A stretch of DNA of 62,240 bases, the filler included, from Sphacelaria rigidula (taxonomy: Eukaryota): assembly GCA_964200075.2 (NCBI GenBank). It is 11 parts of 11 records of this genome, joined end to end, with 100 filler letters (N's around TTAATTAATTAA, not from the genome) between each part and the next. Parts side by side here need not be neighbours in the genome. Positions count along the whole stretch, not along the records: positions 11,337 to 16,904 come from CAXNAA020026264.1; positions 17,005 to 22,571 come from CAXNAA020026265.1; positions 22,672 to 28,238 come from CAXNAA020026266.1; 8 more parts are not named here. One strand, given 5' to 3'. The translations under genes were made by a program, and so were the position numbers. The notes below the pieces were generated by a model. It had not been told where the DNA came from and did not search any database. It was given only the letters and a program-made list of their open reading frames with translations. Below, piece after piece: positions 12,031 to 24,217 of the stretch (its first letter is position 1; the number at the start of each line of letters is the position of its first letter).

Positions 12031-13096
12031 GGCCGCTCCTTATAATCAACAACATTTTTTTTTCAAGTGCCTTTTGGAAGCTTTTACGTCATTTTACGCC
12101 CCAAAAGAGAGCTACGAGCTGGGCCAGCTTAAAAGCTGCTAAAACTTGCTCACACCACAGCTTCCTCAGTTTCCCGAATTAACCCGATGGAAGCATATCA
12201 CTGTGAAGTATAGACCAACCTGGTGACACGCGGCACCGCCGCTGAATGTAAAAAAAAATGTACTGCATAATGTATGACCTTAACGATGGACGAAAACAAA
12301 AGAATCTGTCGGGATTCGAACTTATGACCTCCATAATTGGAGTCTCCAATCACTTGATTTATAGGGGTGCAGCAGCGCCACGGAAAATGTGTAACGCACG
12401 GCCCAATTGAACGAGTCTTGATCTGAAATTTCAGGAAGACCTTCTGCACCCAAGGAACTGATACTTCACGTGTCCAGCTGCAGATTCTCCTTTTTTTACT
12501 GGACTTATGGCATTATCTTGTAATTACCGAAATTTCAAATGCCCATAATTTTTTCATTTTTTTATTTGCTGAACCCGTGATCTTCTGCATTTCGATCATG
12601 AAAAGCTGCTGTTCAAATTTCAGCGTCCAACTCCTAATATCGCGCAGTGCGTCACCTGAGCGAGATTCACACCCGCTCTTGGCTGGCCCAGCTCGTAGGC
12701 GGAGTTTGACAGCTTGAAATAATTTGCTCTACTAATTGAGGCGGTTCCAGGAGGACATCTCCCCGTTTTCCCGTGGCCACAGTCTTTTTTTTGGCCAAAC
12801 AAGATTTTTTGTCCGAGAACGGTAATAAACACTCAAGTCCATAGAAAAAATGGCACTTTTTTTTGTAGATTTGATTGTTTTTTCACCATTCTTGGACAAA
12901 ATTTCTTGTTCGGCCAAAATAAAAAACTGCGGCCACGGGAAAACGGGAAGATGTACTGGAACCGCCTCAACTAGTAGAGCAGGTCATTCCAAGGTGTCAA
13001 ACTCCGCCTAGCTCTCTTTGGGGGAGTAAAATGACGTCAAAGCTTCAAAATGGCACTTTTCCAGATTTTTATTATAGTTTATTATAAGGAGCGGCC
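12031..13096. mobile_element. Non-autonomous PIF/Harbinger-like foldback element with TAA TSD
   Basis: TAA|GGCCGCTCCTTATAAT...ATTATAAGGAGCGGCC|TAA. The inverted arms extend about 200 bp once the nested insert is removed. Confidence 0.85.
12115..12695. mobile_element. Tc1/mariner-like non-autonomous element (CGAGCTGGGCCAGC TIR, TA TSD) nested in the PIF-like element
   Basis: TA|CGAGCTGGGCCAGC...GCTGGCCCAGCTCG|TA. Removing it restores symmetry with the right arm (GAGAGCTAGGCGGAGTTTGACA). Confidence 0.85.
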
Positions 13097-15089
13097 TAAG
13101 TATCGCGGGGGGGCGGGGGGAGGGGGAGATATGGGCTGATTGATCACCCCGACCCCACAGTCTCGTCCCGAGGAGGGAGAGGGGGAGACATTCGAAGCAC
13201 GACAAACACAACAACGAGAAAGAAAAACTGCAGCACTACTGTTGTGCACATCTTTCCTGCTACGCCACAATGTCTATTTTGCCGTGCTGTAGGTGCTACA
13301 CATATTAGTTCTCACTCACGTCTTTCTCTTTCTTCCTTTTTTCCCGAAATCATCTCTCGGAATTTGCCGTAAGTAAGTAAATGAGGCTTTCGTCCCCGAA
13401 AAAAATATGATGAAGGCAGATTTCTCAACCAGGTCAGGCGAAAAAAAATCAGTTCAACACCCTACTTGACTACAGATGTCTCCGAAAATCTATCGTTGGA
13501 ATTTTTTTTCAGTTTTTTTTTTTCTTCGGAGAAACCGGAAAAGAGAAAGAAAAAAAAATCGGGGAAAGGAAGAAAATCCCTGATGAATTTCCGGCGTTAA
13601 TGAGACCTCTTGTACCCTCATCTCGTCACCCACACCAACCGGTATCTCCCCATTGCCTGGCTCCGTACGTACCAACCACGACGTGATTTTAGCACCCTTT
13701 CACGCGTCTTCGTTCGACCGCTACTCCGGTACCTTTGGACTACTAAACATGTACAGAACGACATAAATATAAAAATATGTACATGTATCATTTCACATTT
13801 TTCACCACTTTTGTCGAGTTTTCCCTGGCGTCAAGGCATCTTTTCCCGCGCTTTCTTTTGCAGCGCACTGAGAAGGCTCAGCGGTACATTACCGTTCAGG
13901 TTTGGGTGTCATCTGATACCTGTGGCGCGTGTCCTAGCCACCGAAAGTCGCTCAAATCGGCCCTTTTTTCGCGGGGTGTCGATCCCGAACCACAAAAGCC
14001 TCTTCAAGATCATGGAGAACTTGAAACAAGAACCCGAACCACAAAAAATCCTGTTGAAGATCATGGAAAATTTTCAAACAGGATTACTTTTGGAGGGGTA
14101 TTTTTTCCCCGTGTTTCTCTTTGTCGCGTTCTCGTTCATTCGGGAGCACGAACACTCCGGCTTATGCCGCCAATATCACGAGAACATGAAAGCGAAGCAG
14201 TTGAAAACAATTGAACATAGCCTTGGCCTTAGTCACCAGCAAATACAAGACCGTGCAATGGGCCGTTGGCGAGATGAACAAGGCACAGCAGCGCGACAGC
14301 GCAGGAATGTTTTGCCCCAAAACAATCACCCTGTTTTAAAAAAAGGCCCGGTGATATGGAGGCCACAGTGATGTACAAAGAACACGGCAAGAATATAGCC
14401 TGTGACCACGGAAGGCATCCGCATCAGATGCCCAGTGCGAACGTACCGCGCAGATATCGGAACGGTTTTTAATGATAATGATAAGACAACGACAACAACA
14501 ACAACACAATTGCGATAGACGGCATATCCTATACCGTACGCAGTAATTGTTTTTGACAACGTGCTGAATTGTCATTGTCCAGGGTGTGGTACGCACGTCC
14601 ATCTTTTAACGAACAACAAACCACGGCTTGGTCCCTCGAGGATCGCTTCATATGCGACACATCATTTCACACATATACTGCAGGTAGCATGAGATATCAC
14701 ACCTCCATAAGACACAAGACACCACACCCCCTTCGAAAAATTCCACAATTCCACACCTACATGCTATTTTTTTCAAAGCCTGTGTGCTATTCTTCTCAAA
14801 CCCCGTGTGCTATTTTTTTTCAAATCCCGCGTGCTATTTTTCTTGAACTCCGGGTGCAATTTCTTGTTTGTAACGCATGGGTTCCGGTGACAGAAGACAT
14901 CACACCCCATACACAATATCACACCAGTGTGATCACTAATTTTTTTCACGCCCGAAATATTATTGCACGGGTGTGATACCTTATGCAACCTACGGTATGT
15001 GTACCTGAGCACAAAAAATATGGTTCCGATTGTACTACAGCTTGTTGTGTGTACCGCTGCACTGGATTATGACCAACCTACCGACGCAC

Positions 15090-15188
15090 CTTTTTGGCTG
15101 TATCAACGGCCTCCCTCTCTGACTTGCGCATGTCTTCCTTCTCCGCTTCGCTCTCTTTCAGCAAGGTGGCGTTTTTTTGAGCATTTGT
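15090..15188 (-). CDS. Putative internal exon of a coiled-coil protein (TNAQKNATLLKESEAEKEDMRKSEREAVDTAKK)
   Basis: CCCAG acceptor, AAG|GTGCGT donor, 99 nt in frame, charged helical composition. Confidence 0.5.
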
Positions 15189-15779
15189 CTGGGAGGCAGT
15201 TGGTTGGGGCATGACCGATCGGATACGCACCAAGGGGTTCATCCGGGCGGGCCGAGGGAGCAAGCGGAAAATGTCATTTAATTAGCACACAGGGAGCAAG
15301 CTGTGATTATCTTCTGTAAAGATATACTGTACTGCGCACCATTTGGTTTGCTCAGGCCTCTTCTTGTGTCGCCCTTTTCCGCGCTCATGCGCACAAAATA
15401 ATGAATGTAATTCTTGTTCTTGTTCTTGTTACTGTTTTTGCCATTATCATTGTTTATTGCTAGTGCTATTGATACTGTTATTACTGGTAGTTATTCTTAC
15501 TATGACAATGAATACTACCATCATTACGACGGTTAACTTTATTACTATGACCATGACTTCTAATACTATGACCATCATTAACTCTACTTATGTCAACTCT
15601 TACACTGTGATTGATTACTATTTCCGTACAATAGCCCATGCTCACTTACAGTCAACATGGGAACGCATATGAAAAATAAAATAATGTGAAACAGCAGACG
15701 GGGAGGACGACACGTATTATTATCCTCCGAACTATATATGACGGTGATTCAAATTTTACCCATTTCTCTACATATTCTA

Positions 15780-16808
15780 TGAGCTGGGCCGCCCAAGATG
15801 CGAACAGGAATGCTGACACGCGAATCCTAGGCTAAATTTTGAGTCGTTTTCGATGAAATATCGGCACGATGTCCAGGACGTACGTGCGAAGACCCATCCT
15901 TATCCCCCCCACTTCTTTATTTTTATTTTCTTCGTGAGTTATTGGCAATTTTGTTCCAAAAAAATTGTCCTGAAATACTTTGCCGTCAATAACTCACGAA
16001 AAAAAAATATATATACGGGGGGTGAGGATAATGTTCCCACATACGTCCTATACATCATGTCAAAATTTCATCGGAAACGACTCAAGATTGAGGTCGGGAG
16101 TCGTGTTCGATTTCAAGACGTTTTCGATGAAATTTTGACACCATGTACAGGACGTGTGTGCGAAGACCCCTTCTTACCCCCCCCCCTCATGTTTTTCTCT
16201 TTCTTCGCGAGTTATCGGCAATTTTGTTCCGTAAAAAATGGTACTAAAATGTTCCGTCACCAATAACTCACGAAGGAAAAAGAAAAAGAAAAACACGGGA
16301 GGAAAAATGGGTATGCAAGCGCACACGTTTTGTACACCGTGTCGAAATTTCTTCGAAAACGGCTCAAAATTGAGCTCGGGGATCGCGTCGTTCTCTCGAA
16401 ATCGACCTATCTTCTTCTACTTTCGGCTCAGAGGTTTTCAAAAACTGCTCGCTGGGGGCCTCCTCTGTGTGCATTCTTAGAGACTACGCGTCTAGTGCGA
16501 CATGTGTTGTATAATCGTAGCTTGTGCGGCACCACGCGGCACAATCGACTGTGACGGAGAATCCAATGTCAGCCGGGTTTTTTTGCTAATTCCGCCGCAC
16601 ATGGTACCCTCGAGTCCCTACATTTCGGCACTCGACTACAGTTTGGTATTCCGTTTGATGAGACCCCGTGAGATCCCAGTACTACATGGATTTGAAGACG
16701 CGTGTTGATTTGCCGATTACCACCATGTGTCATAATAGGCACAACTCGCGATGCATCGTCAGTTAGACCGGGCTGAAGGAAAGTGAGCTTCTTCGGCGGC
16801 CCAGCTCG
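15780..16808. mobile_element. Tc1/mariner-like non-autonomous element, TA TSD, containing two tandem ~260-bp self-palindromic units
   Basis: TA|TGAGCTGGGCCGCCCAAGATGC...GCTTCTTCGGCGGCCCAGCTCG|TA; internal units at about 15836-16090 and 16115-16372. Confidence 0.8.
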
Positions 16809-17527
16809 TACGCAGGAATATTCGAAATTTGGCACACAGACTTGCAAGGGTCGGACAAATCAATGATTCGTCCAGAAATTACTTGGTTTTAGTGCAATTG
16901 ATTCNNNNNNNNNNNNNNNNNNNNNNNNNNNNNNNNNNNNNNNNNNNNTTAATTAATTAANNNNNNNNNNNNNNNNNNNNNNNNNNNNNNNNNNNNNNNN
17001 NNNNCACGAATCCGCTAACCGGACCCCTAGCATTGGCATTGGCCCAAACAGTCATCTCCCGGGGCGGGTGCGGAGGAACTTGCACACTAAAATCAGCATT
17101 ACATCTCGTGGATGCCTCGTTACGAAGTATGCTTGACGCTCGTGAGTTCGAAATATTATATATATATATATATATATACTACATCTATTTTTTGTCGCAC
17201 TTTGAACCTCTCCCCTTCCTCGGGACGAGTCCGTAGTCTCAAGAGATCGATCCATCTCTCCCGCGGTGCACGCCTTGCGCTTTGGTCTTGCAGATTGGGT
17301 TATGACTACCAGCACTCCCGCACCGCGTCAACTCACGTCAAACAAACTCAGTCGACTACTTTGTTTACTCACCTTCTCACGCTTTCCACGCTGGAGATAA
17401 GATATCGCGAGGAAAAAACCCGAACGCATCGGAAACCTAACCCTCGTTCTCTCCACCCTAATGGCGACAGTCGGATTACTACACCACCGGGGCGCGGCGG
17501 CTATATTATCTCGTCATGTCTTGAAAG

Positions 17528-17562
17528 ACATGGAAAGCAGAGACAGAGTTTCGTGTAGCTAG
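17528..17562 (+). CDS. Putative micro-exon (TWKAETEFRVA-R) of a coiled-coil protein
   Basis: AAG acceptor and AG|GTAACG donor. Phase 2 matches the exon at 18165. Confidence 0.45.
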
Positions 17563-18164
17563 GTAACGTCTGTGACTGGGGGAACATAGTTGCTTGTTTG
17601 TTGCCTGCAATCTTTTTCTGCTGTCTTTCACTGATTATCACGGAGGATCGTGACTCGTACATGCTCGTGTATGTTTGAAAAGATATAAAAGGTACCCAGG
17701 CAACAAGGCAACAATCTCGGCCGAAAACAACAATAATCAGGAAACAAGTCACTTCACCTCCCACGGCGTGATGCTCTTGTATCATGGCAAGCTCTTTAAG
17801 CACCGGTAGTATAGTACGCCTAGGTACGGTGCGGTGCGGTACGGTTCCGCTGGTAGTACGCTTCATCATGTGCAGTGTTGCAGTATTCGGTAGTATTTGT
17901 GCACGTGTATGTATGGGCTACTGTACGTATCACCAGCTAACGCTTAGCGCGCGACACAGTCACTGGCACATGTAAGTTGTTTCGCTCGACTTGGGAATTT
18001 TGGTCCGCCAGTTCATGTCTGACTTGCGTTTTTTTTAGATTCTCCCTCTCCCTCTCCCTCTCCCTTTCTGCCTCTCCGCGGTCGTCCATGGGCCGAAAAT
18101 GCATGCACACATTACATTCACTCGGGGAAAACATGGCGACGACACGTAAGACTCTGCGCTCGAG

Positions 18165-18294
18165 GTATCGTGCTCTGAAGGAAACCGCAGACAAGCAGGA
18201 GCTGCTCGGTAAGGTAGAGGAGTGTCGCACGCAGCTGGAGGACGAGTTCGGCGCCAAGCTTCGGCAGATCGAAGGGGAGCTGACAGATGCGCAG
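18165..18294 (+). CDS. Putative exon of a coiled-coil protein (YRALKETADKQELLGKVEECRTQLEDEFGAKLRQIEGELTDAQ)
   Basis: Coding-like GC3-rich frame, heptad pattern, CAG|GTGATG donor; phase-compatible with 17528-17562. Confidence 0.6.
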
Positions 18295-18674
18295 GTGATG
18301 AAGCAAAGCGGGTGCACCTTGGTATATGCATTTATACATGAAGTGTACTGTTTAATTGGCTTCAAGAATGAACGTCGAAATTACTACGGTATAATAGTCA
18401 CAAGAAGGTCACGCCAAGCTCGTACATAATTACGAAACCACTCTATAAACAGTATATAAGGAGGAGCCCGTGGGGGTGGGGGGGGTGGGGGGGGGTGTAC
18501 TCATTTGTTGCTTGCCCTAATCGTTTGACCATTGACCGCGCAGCCCTCTCGAGACGGAGCACCGTTCCTAGTCCTCATAGAGCAGCATGACACATCAGTG
18601 ATCTCTGGGGTGTGGTGCCCCTCGCAAGCCTCACTGTTCACATGTCAACCTCATTCCTTCCACAATTGATCATT

Positions 18675-18742
18675 CCGGGATTCGAACCGCATATCTTTTG
18701 TTCAGGAAGCGAACAGCTTACCCATTGAACTAGTGAGCGCTT
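18675..18742 (-). mobile_element. tRNA-derived (Arg-like) SINE head / tRNA pseudogene
   Basis: Minus strand reads GCGCTCAC-TAGTTCAATGG (A box)-GTAAGCTGTTCGCTTCCTGAACAAAAGATATGC-GGTTCGAATCC (B box). The acceptor stem is not complementary. Confidence 0.65.
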
Positions 18743-18749
18743 ACTGAGG

Positions 18750-18975
18750 AGCCCGTGAGGGGGGGAGGTTACTCATGATCATGCATGCCATGGGCATTGG
18801 GCCATTGACGTCGCACCCCTACAAAGCCGGGAGCACGCCGCGTTTTCGCCGGACCAGGCTCGCACTCAATCACCAAGCGCGAAGCGCCGTGGTGTGTTCG
18901 GCGAGTCGCATGAAGGGCGAGCTGCATCCTGCTAAGATCGTTCGGCCCAAAGCCTACTGATCATCTTGCACTTGG
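18750..18975 (-). repeat. High-copy interspersed repeat (TGTAGGGATGCGAGGTCAATGG...CATGCATGATCATGAGTACACCCCC family); copies near 5669-5735, 6070-6270, 23790-23820, 26495-26560, 51100-51125, 56520-56573, 57695-57910, 59470-59720
   Basis: The motif block recurs in five or more independent contigs; 18765-18975 aligns to the reverse complement of 57695-57910. Confidence 0.85.
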
Positions 18976-19151
18976 ATGACAGCCTCCAATGAGTTGCTCT
19001 ATTTTCTGTTATGGCTACTTCCAGAGACAGTATTTCGACAGTATTTCAACACCAGTAGCTGAAATATCTGGTGAGAAAACTACCGCGGCCAAGTGTGCGG
19101 TTGGTACTGTATTATCGATCGCACGAGAATGTGTGGAGTGTGAATATATAT

Positions 19152-19321
19152 CACACCCTGGACAATAAATGGTCAATAGATGCAATAGACGACAAGTGTA
19201 CTGCGTGAAGTATTGGCCTATTGCACCTATTGCCGCCCGACAATAGTCGCAATAGACCTATATTTAATGCAGTATGTTTCTTGTCCATTGCAACCATTGA
19301 CCATACATTGTCCAAGGTGTG
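19152..19321. mobile_element. hAT-like MITE (CACACCCTGGACAA TIR)
   Basis: TIRs at both ends; flanks ATATATAT/ATATATAA. Same family as 25043-25480 and 26107-26244. Confidence 0.75.
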
Positions 19322-20134
19322 ATATATAAATATATATACAGTAGTGGGCGGTCTAAGTATTCGGGGACGTTTTGGGGTTTTCCTCGCGCACTATTCTTCG
19401 GTAAAACTCGAAATTGCTAGCGTCGGTAGATTTTGGTATAATAAATAGATCATTCTCGAAACATAGTGCCCAAGTCAGTGCCAGTTGGTCTCATCGGGCG
19501 ATACGAGTAAATACCCCGTTTATAAGGAGGGTGTTATGCTCAGTGTAACACTGTTTTTCGGCTGTAGTGCAATAAGTAGGGTGAAAAAATAAAACTGTAC
19601 ATTTTTTCACAAATATGATCGGGACAGGCTCGATCGACCGAACATACTGAAGAGAAAGAATGGGTTGAAACGTGGCAGGACCCCCGATGACAGGTGAGCC
19701 TGTAAGTCCCTCAATGTTGAGTAGATATTATTTTTTTTCTCGTAATGTGGAGCGGATGCAAATATATTCAGATCCTCAATGTGATTATTATTATTTTTTA
19801 TTATTATTTCCGCACATTGGTCCGATCTCGCGAACTCGTGGTCACAGACGTAGGCTCGCCTTTACAATACCGTCCTTGCTATTCCTTACCAGACATATTA
19901 CCAAAATAAAGAAGAAAAATAGTGATGAGCGGTGGAAAGCGAAAATAGCCCAAGAAAATCACCAATTACGAAAAAATCACAAAATGCCACAAGATATATA
20001 GTTTGACCGTCCACTACTGTATAGATATATTTGTGGAATGTAATGTGCTCCGCCTTAGCTTACCACCGTCCGCTTTTGGTCTTGAGCTACAGGAACAGAG
20101 TGACCGAGTAATCGTCACATGGATCACTTATTAC

Positions 20135-22500
20135 CAGGGGTCTACACGTTACACGTTCACGTTCACGTTCACGTTCACGTTCACGTTCACGTTACGTTAC
20201 GTTCATCACGTAAAAAATATTTAACGTGCACGTTACGTTACGTATGTCCCGTTAAATAAATTTGATCATTACGTTCACGTTTCACATGAAAAATTAACGT
20301 TACGTTCACGTTACGTTCCTCACGTGAAAATATATATAACGTTACGTTTCGTTACATGTAACGTAATATGAAACGTTTCATTTTATAACGTTACGTTGAC
20401 ACGTCTAACGCTAGAATGTAACGTTTCATTATGTGCATGTCGCGGCTCATTCACCAGTGTTTGAGGCGTTGTGATATGTCGTTCAGCGCGTGATGTTACC
20501 GTGTACGTGACGCAGACGGTGACCCGTCGGCTAGTTCTCATGTATGAAGAAAACTCTATGAAAAAACGCGGATGTCACGCATAACAAATCCCTATAAGAA
20601 AACGCGTTTGAAATCCCGCCGCACGCCAACACACCCTCCAGCCCACGACAGCAGCCATGGGTGGCTTGGCTGCCATCACCACTGCTGTCGCTGGTGCTCG
20701 CGGGTAGTCAGCGTGTTGCTTCATTGTCCTTCGCTCGCCAGTATCATGGTAGCTCTTTACCCCATGAGAACAGCACAGGGCAGGGTCGATGACGGGTGCT
20801 GTACCAACACTCTGTGTGTAGTTTGCTCAGACAATATTGTAGCTCACATTTCAGGTCTGTGCATGCAGCGTGATGCGAACAGCACCCGCAATGCAGTACG
20901 GGCTGCCCACGCACCCAAGACTTGTAGAGACAGGGCCGCACTGACCGTACACACAAGACCACAGTTCAAGCAGTAGTATTACTGCTGTAGTATCTACAGG
21001 GCTTGGGAGCCGGGGCAGTCTGTACTGTATTCGAGTGCTGTTTGCAACACGCTGCATGCAAACATGAACTGCGCTACATTGCTGCGCAATCAACTTACAT
21101 ACAGGGTGTCTGACAGCACTCGTCATGGCCCCTGCCCTGTTTTGTTCTCATGGGGGTAGGGGGTAAGGGTCATCATGCTACTGGCGAGCGAAGGACAAAA
21201 AAGCAAAACGCTGACTACCCGCGAGCACCAGCGACAGCAGTGATGATGGCAGCCAAGCAATCGCTACAAACAAGGTTTTTGTGAGATTGAGAGAAGAGGA
21301 TACGATTGAGAGTGGATTGCGGTCAATTAGTGAATTGCCCATTTCAGTTTCGAAATGACCCTCCACGAGGCCCAACATGCTTCCTGTAGTAGCTTGCCAT
21401 TGAGGCCCTTGATACCCTTGAGTAGGATGTTGACGTGTAGCTTTAAGCACACGCCAGTGATGGAGGCAAAGAAAAGCACGCACGGAATGAATAATTGGCT
21501 AAGTTGAGGCGAATGAATAAAGCCACTCCCAATCAGCGCGCTAGTTTCAATCTCATGAAAACGTTTACAGCCAATGCATACAATACAGTACTGTTGTGTG
21601 TACTCTTATCCGTGCTTTCCTCCCAGTCAAGTACTACCGTGCAGTGAATAGCACAACCGTCACTTCTACCGTCAGTTATTAGTACAGCGAGGCGGTGTTC
21701 GTACTGATCGTCTTCCATCACGCAGCGCACCATATATTGCTCAGACGATGTATCACAACAGTAGTACAGACAGTCAGTACGGACCGTACTCCACGACACG
21801 ACAGCAGAGTGCCGCGTCTATCTCGCGCGCCCCGGAATTTGAAATTATGCCTGTACACCTCATAGTAAACGACGAGCATTGGGTTTCCAATTTTGACGGC
21901 GCGTCGATTACGTGAGGAAGGCTACCTTGAAAAAGTTTGTGAAAAATCGCGCTGTTGAGAAACGGCTTTTCTGACAACGTGTTTTTCATACAAAAGAAGT
22001 AGCCTTGAATGTGGTCGAGATGATCATGGGATGTTATGATTGTGACGTGTGGTGGGGAGAGCGCGAAAGTTTTGCAATAGTACCATAACTATACCATGGT
22101 AATTCAAAGTCACTCGTGTTTATTGAAGCACCATCTTCCAGGATTTTGAAATTCATTGCAAACTTGGGTTTCACCACTGCATGTGAGGTGTTCATGACGT
22201 TTCATGTAACGTGTAATGTAACATATACCGTTACATGTAACGTGTAACGTTTAATGCACGTTTAACGTGTAATAGACGTTACACGTGGCATGAAACGCTT
22301 CATATTTCATGATTTGAACGTTTGGGCGATTAAACGTTCACGTCACGTCACGTATGTCACGTTGAAAACTTTAAACGTTACGTTAACGTTTTATTTGAAA
22401 TTTTAACGTTACGTTCACGTTACGTTCATCACGTAAACAAAATTTAACGTTCACGTTACGTTTCGGCCAAAACGTAACGTGAACGTAACGTGTAACGCTG
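20135..22500. mobile_element. Large foldback-type element with ~300-bp ACGTT(A/C)-rich inverted arms, an internal ~600-bp palindrome and a nested MITE
   Basis: Arms at about 20145-20430 and 22195-22500 are reverse-complementary; internal arms about 20664-20910 versus 21012-21258. No clear TSD. Confidence 0.7.
21271..21565. mobile_element. ~290-bp MITE (GTTTTCGTGAGATTGAGAG TIR family); other copies 47652-47938 and contig-end fragments 22505-22571 and 45185-45239
   Basis: TIRs at both ends and full-length similarity to 47652-47938. Confidence 0.8.
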
Positions 22501-24157
22501 TGAACAATGTTTTCGTGAGATTGAGAATCTTCGATACGATTGAGAATAGGGGTAAGTCAAGCCGTCAGCGGNNNNNNNNNNNNNNNNNNNNNNNNNNNNN
22601 NNNNNNNNNNNNNNNTTAATTAATTAANNNNNNNNNNNNNNNNNNNNNNNNNNNNNNNNNNNNNNNNNNNNGGAGTGGTTGGCCCCCCCCCCCCCCCTCA
22701 CAAGGCGCCGGTCGCCCATCGCAGCAAGCCTAAGCGAGGCAAACAAGGTGTTTCCCCCCCCCCCCCCCCCCTCGTGTTTTAATTTAATGCTCCCTCCGTT
22801 TTTTTTGTTCCTCTTGCAATGGTCGAGTTTTTTTTCTTGCTTTCGTCATATGGTTGAATCAGGTGTCATATTCGAACACACATTTTTTTTTCTCTCTACT
22901 ATGCTTCGTTGACTACACACATGGTCTTGCACTTGAGATTTTTGCATTTTGCGCGATGGCTACGTGAAACATGATGTACGGTATCGCCCCAGGCGACAAA
23001 CATGGTTTTCCATGCGTGGTGCGTGGTGTAAGGAATCCCAGATCGGCTGACGTCACCGAGAGAAAAGCCCACGTCCCAGTCGCCAGAAGTTTTCAAAATT
23101 ACCAAATGAACCACGGGGGCGACCGGCCGGGTAATACACCCCATGCACGATACCACCCACGGCACCAAAGATCTGTGAGGACAGCGAAATTATTTGTATG
23201 GAATATTGCGTTTTTTTCAACGTGCATAATTCGAAACCGAAACCAGTGCTGGGCTTGTTGTTCTCGTCGATTTGGGTGATATACGACGTATACCACCCAC
23301 GGTACCGAAGACCAGTACGCGGCCTCATTTTCAGAGGGAGCGCAGGTTGCGTTTGTTATCATTTCGGGTGAAGAATTCGATACACCACCCATCGTGCCAA
23401 AGATTAGTGGGGGTGTGTCTTTTTTAGTAGAAATGTTGGGTGAGTTCGTTACCGCACAGCCGTAGATACGAAAAATCAATGGTGGTCTCATCTATGGAGA
23501 AATGGAAGTTGTGTTTGTTATCGCCCTAGGCGAAATACCCCGTATACCACCCAAGGGACCAATAGTCGTAGATCGTTTTGCTCCTCAGGCCGCTTCTCAC
23601 GGCTGACAAGGATCGTTCAAAAATCGTTTTCCGTCACTTTTTGTCCGGAACGGTTGTCTACCACTTCTTACAGAAGGAAAAACGTCCAATATAAAATATC
23701 AGATGATTGGAGACGAAAAACCGACTCGCGTGAATCTTGTCTTGTCTCTTCGTTCTCCCCCCCCCCCCTCTCAATCTAGGTCTTACGACTTTCGCATGCA
23801 TGATCATGAGTACACCCCCTCTCAATCTAGATATCAGAGTAGAGAAAATTGTCCCACCACAGTACCCATCCGCCCTGGACGGGATAGATGAGGTTTTGGG
23901 GTGTTCTTGGTCATCAGTGTACGAAGAAAAAATAAAAAATATTCATTTATACCCAGAGATCTTGTAGATTGAGTGAAGATTGATCCATGAAAGGAGAAAC
24001 CATTGCACTGCCGACGAAAACCGCGGGGGTTCTTTCTGTTCTCTTCTCAAGTTTTGAGCCCCCGCCAACCCACGGCGCACTCTCCCCTTCATCCTTTGTT
24101 TTTACCCTTCTCCATCTCGCGTCATGATCCGTATTATCGTTTCGCTGCTGAACTCAG

Positions 24158-24217
24158 GCTGATGAAAAGCGCAATAGAGGCTTCCCACCCCTTCGGCAGC
24201 TTCGATGGTGGAGGATC
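24158..24217 (+). CDS. Exon of an SNF2-family ATPase, RAD5/RAD16/SHPRH-like (ADEKRNRGFPPLRQLRWWRI)
   Basis: CTCAG acceptor and ATC|GTGAGT donor. It splices in frame to 25685 to give PL..L.WWRI-VLDESH (helicase motif II). Confidence 0.85.

Noticed and set aside
13610..14371. 253-aa ORF
   Set aside because: It lies over a dispersed repeat whose other copy (8180-8703) does not keep the frame, and no domain is recognisable.
18675..18742. Functional tRNA gene
   Set aside because: A and B boxes are present but the acceptor and anticodon stems do not pair; it is treated as a SINE head or pseudogene.
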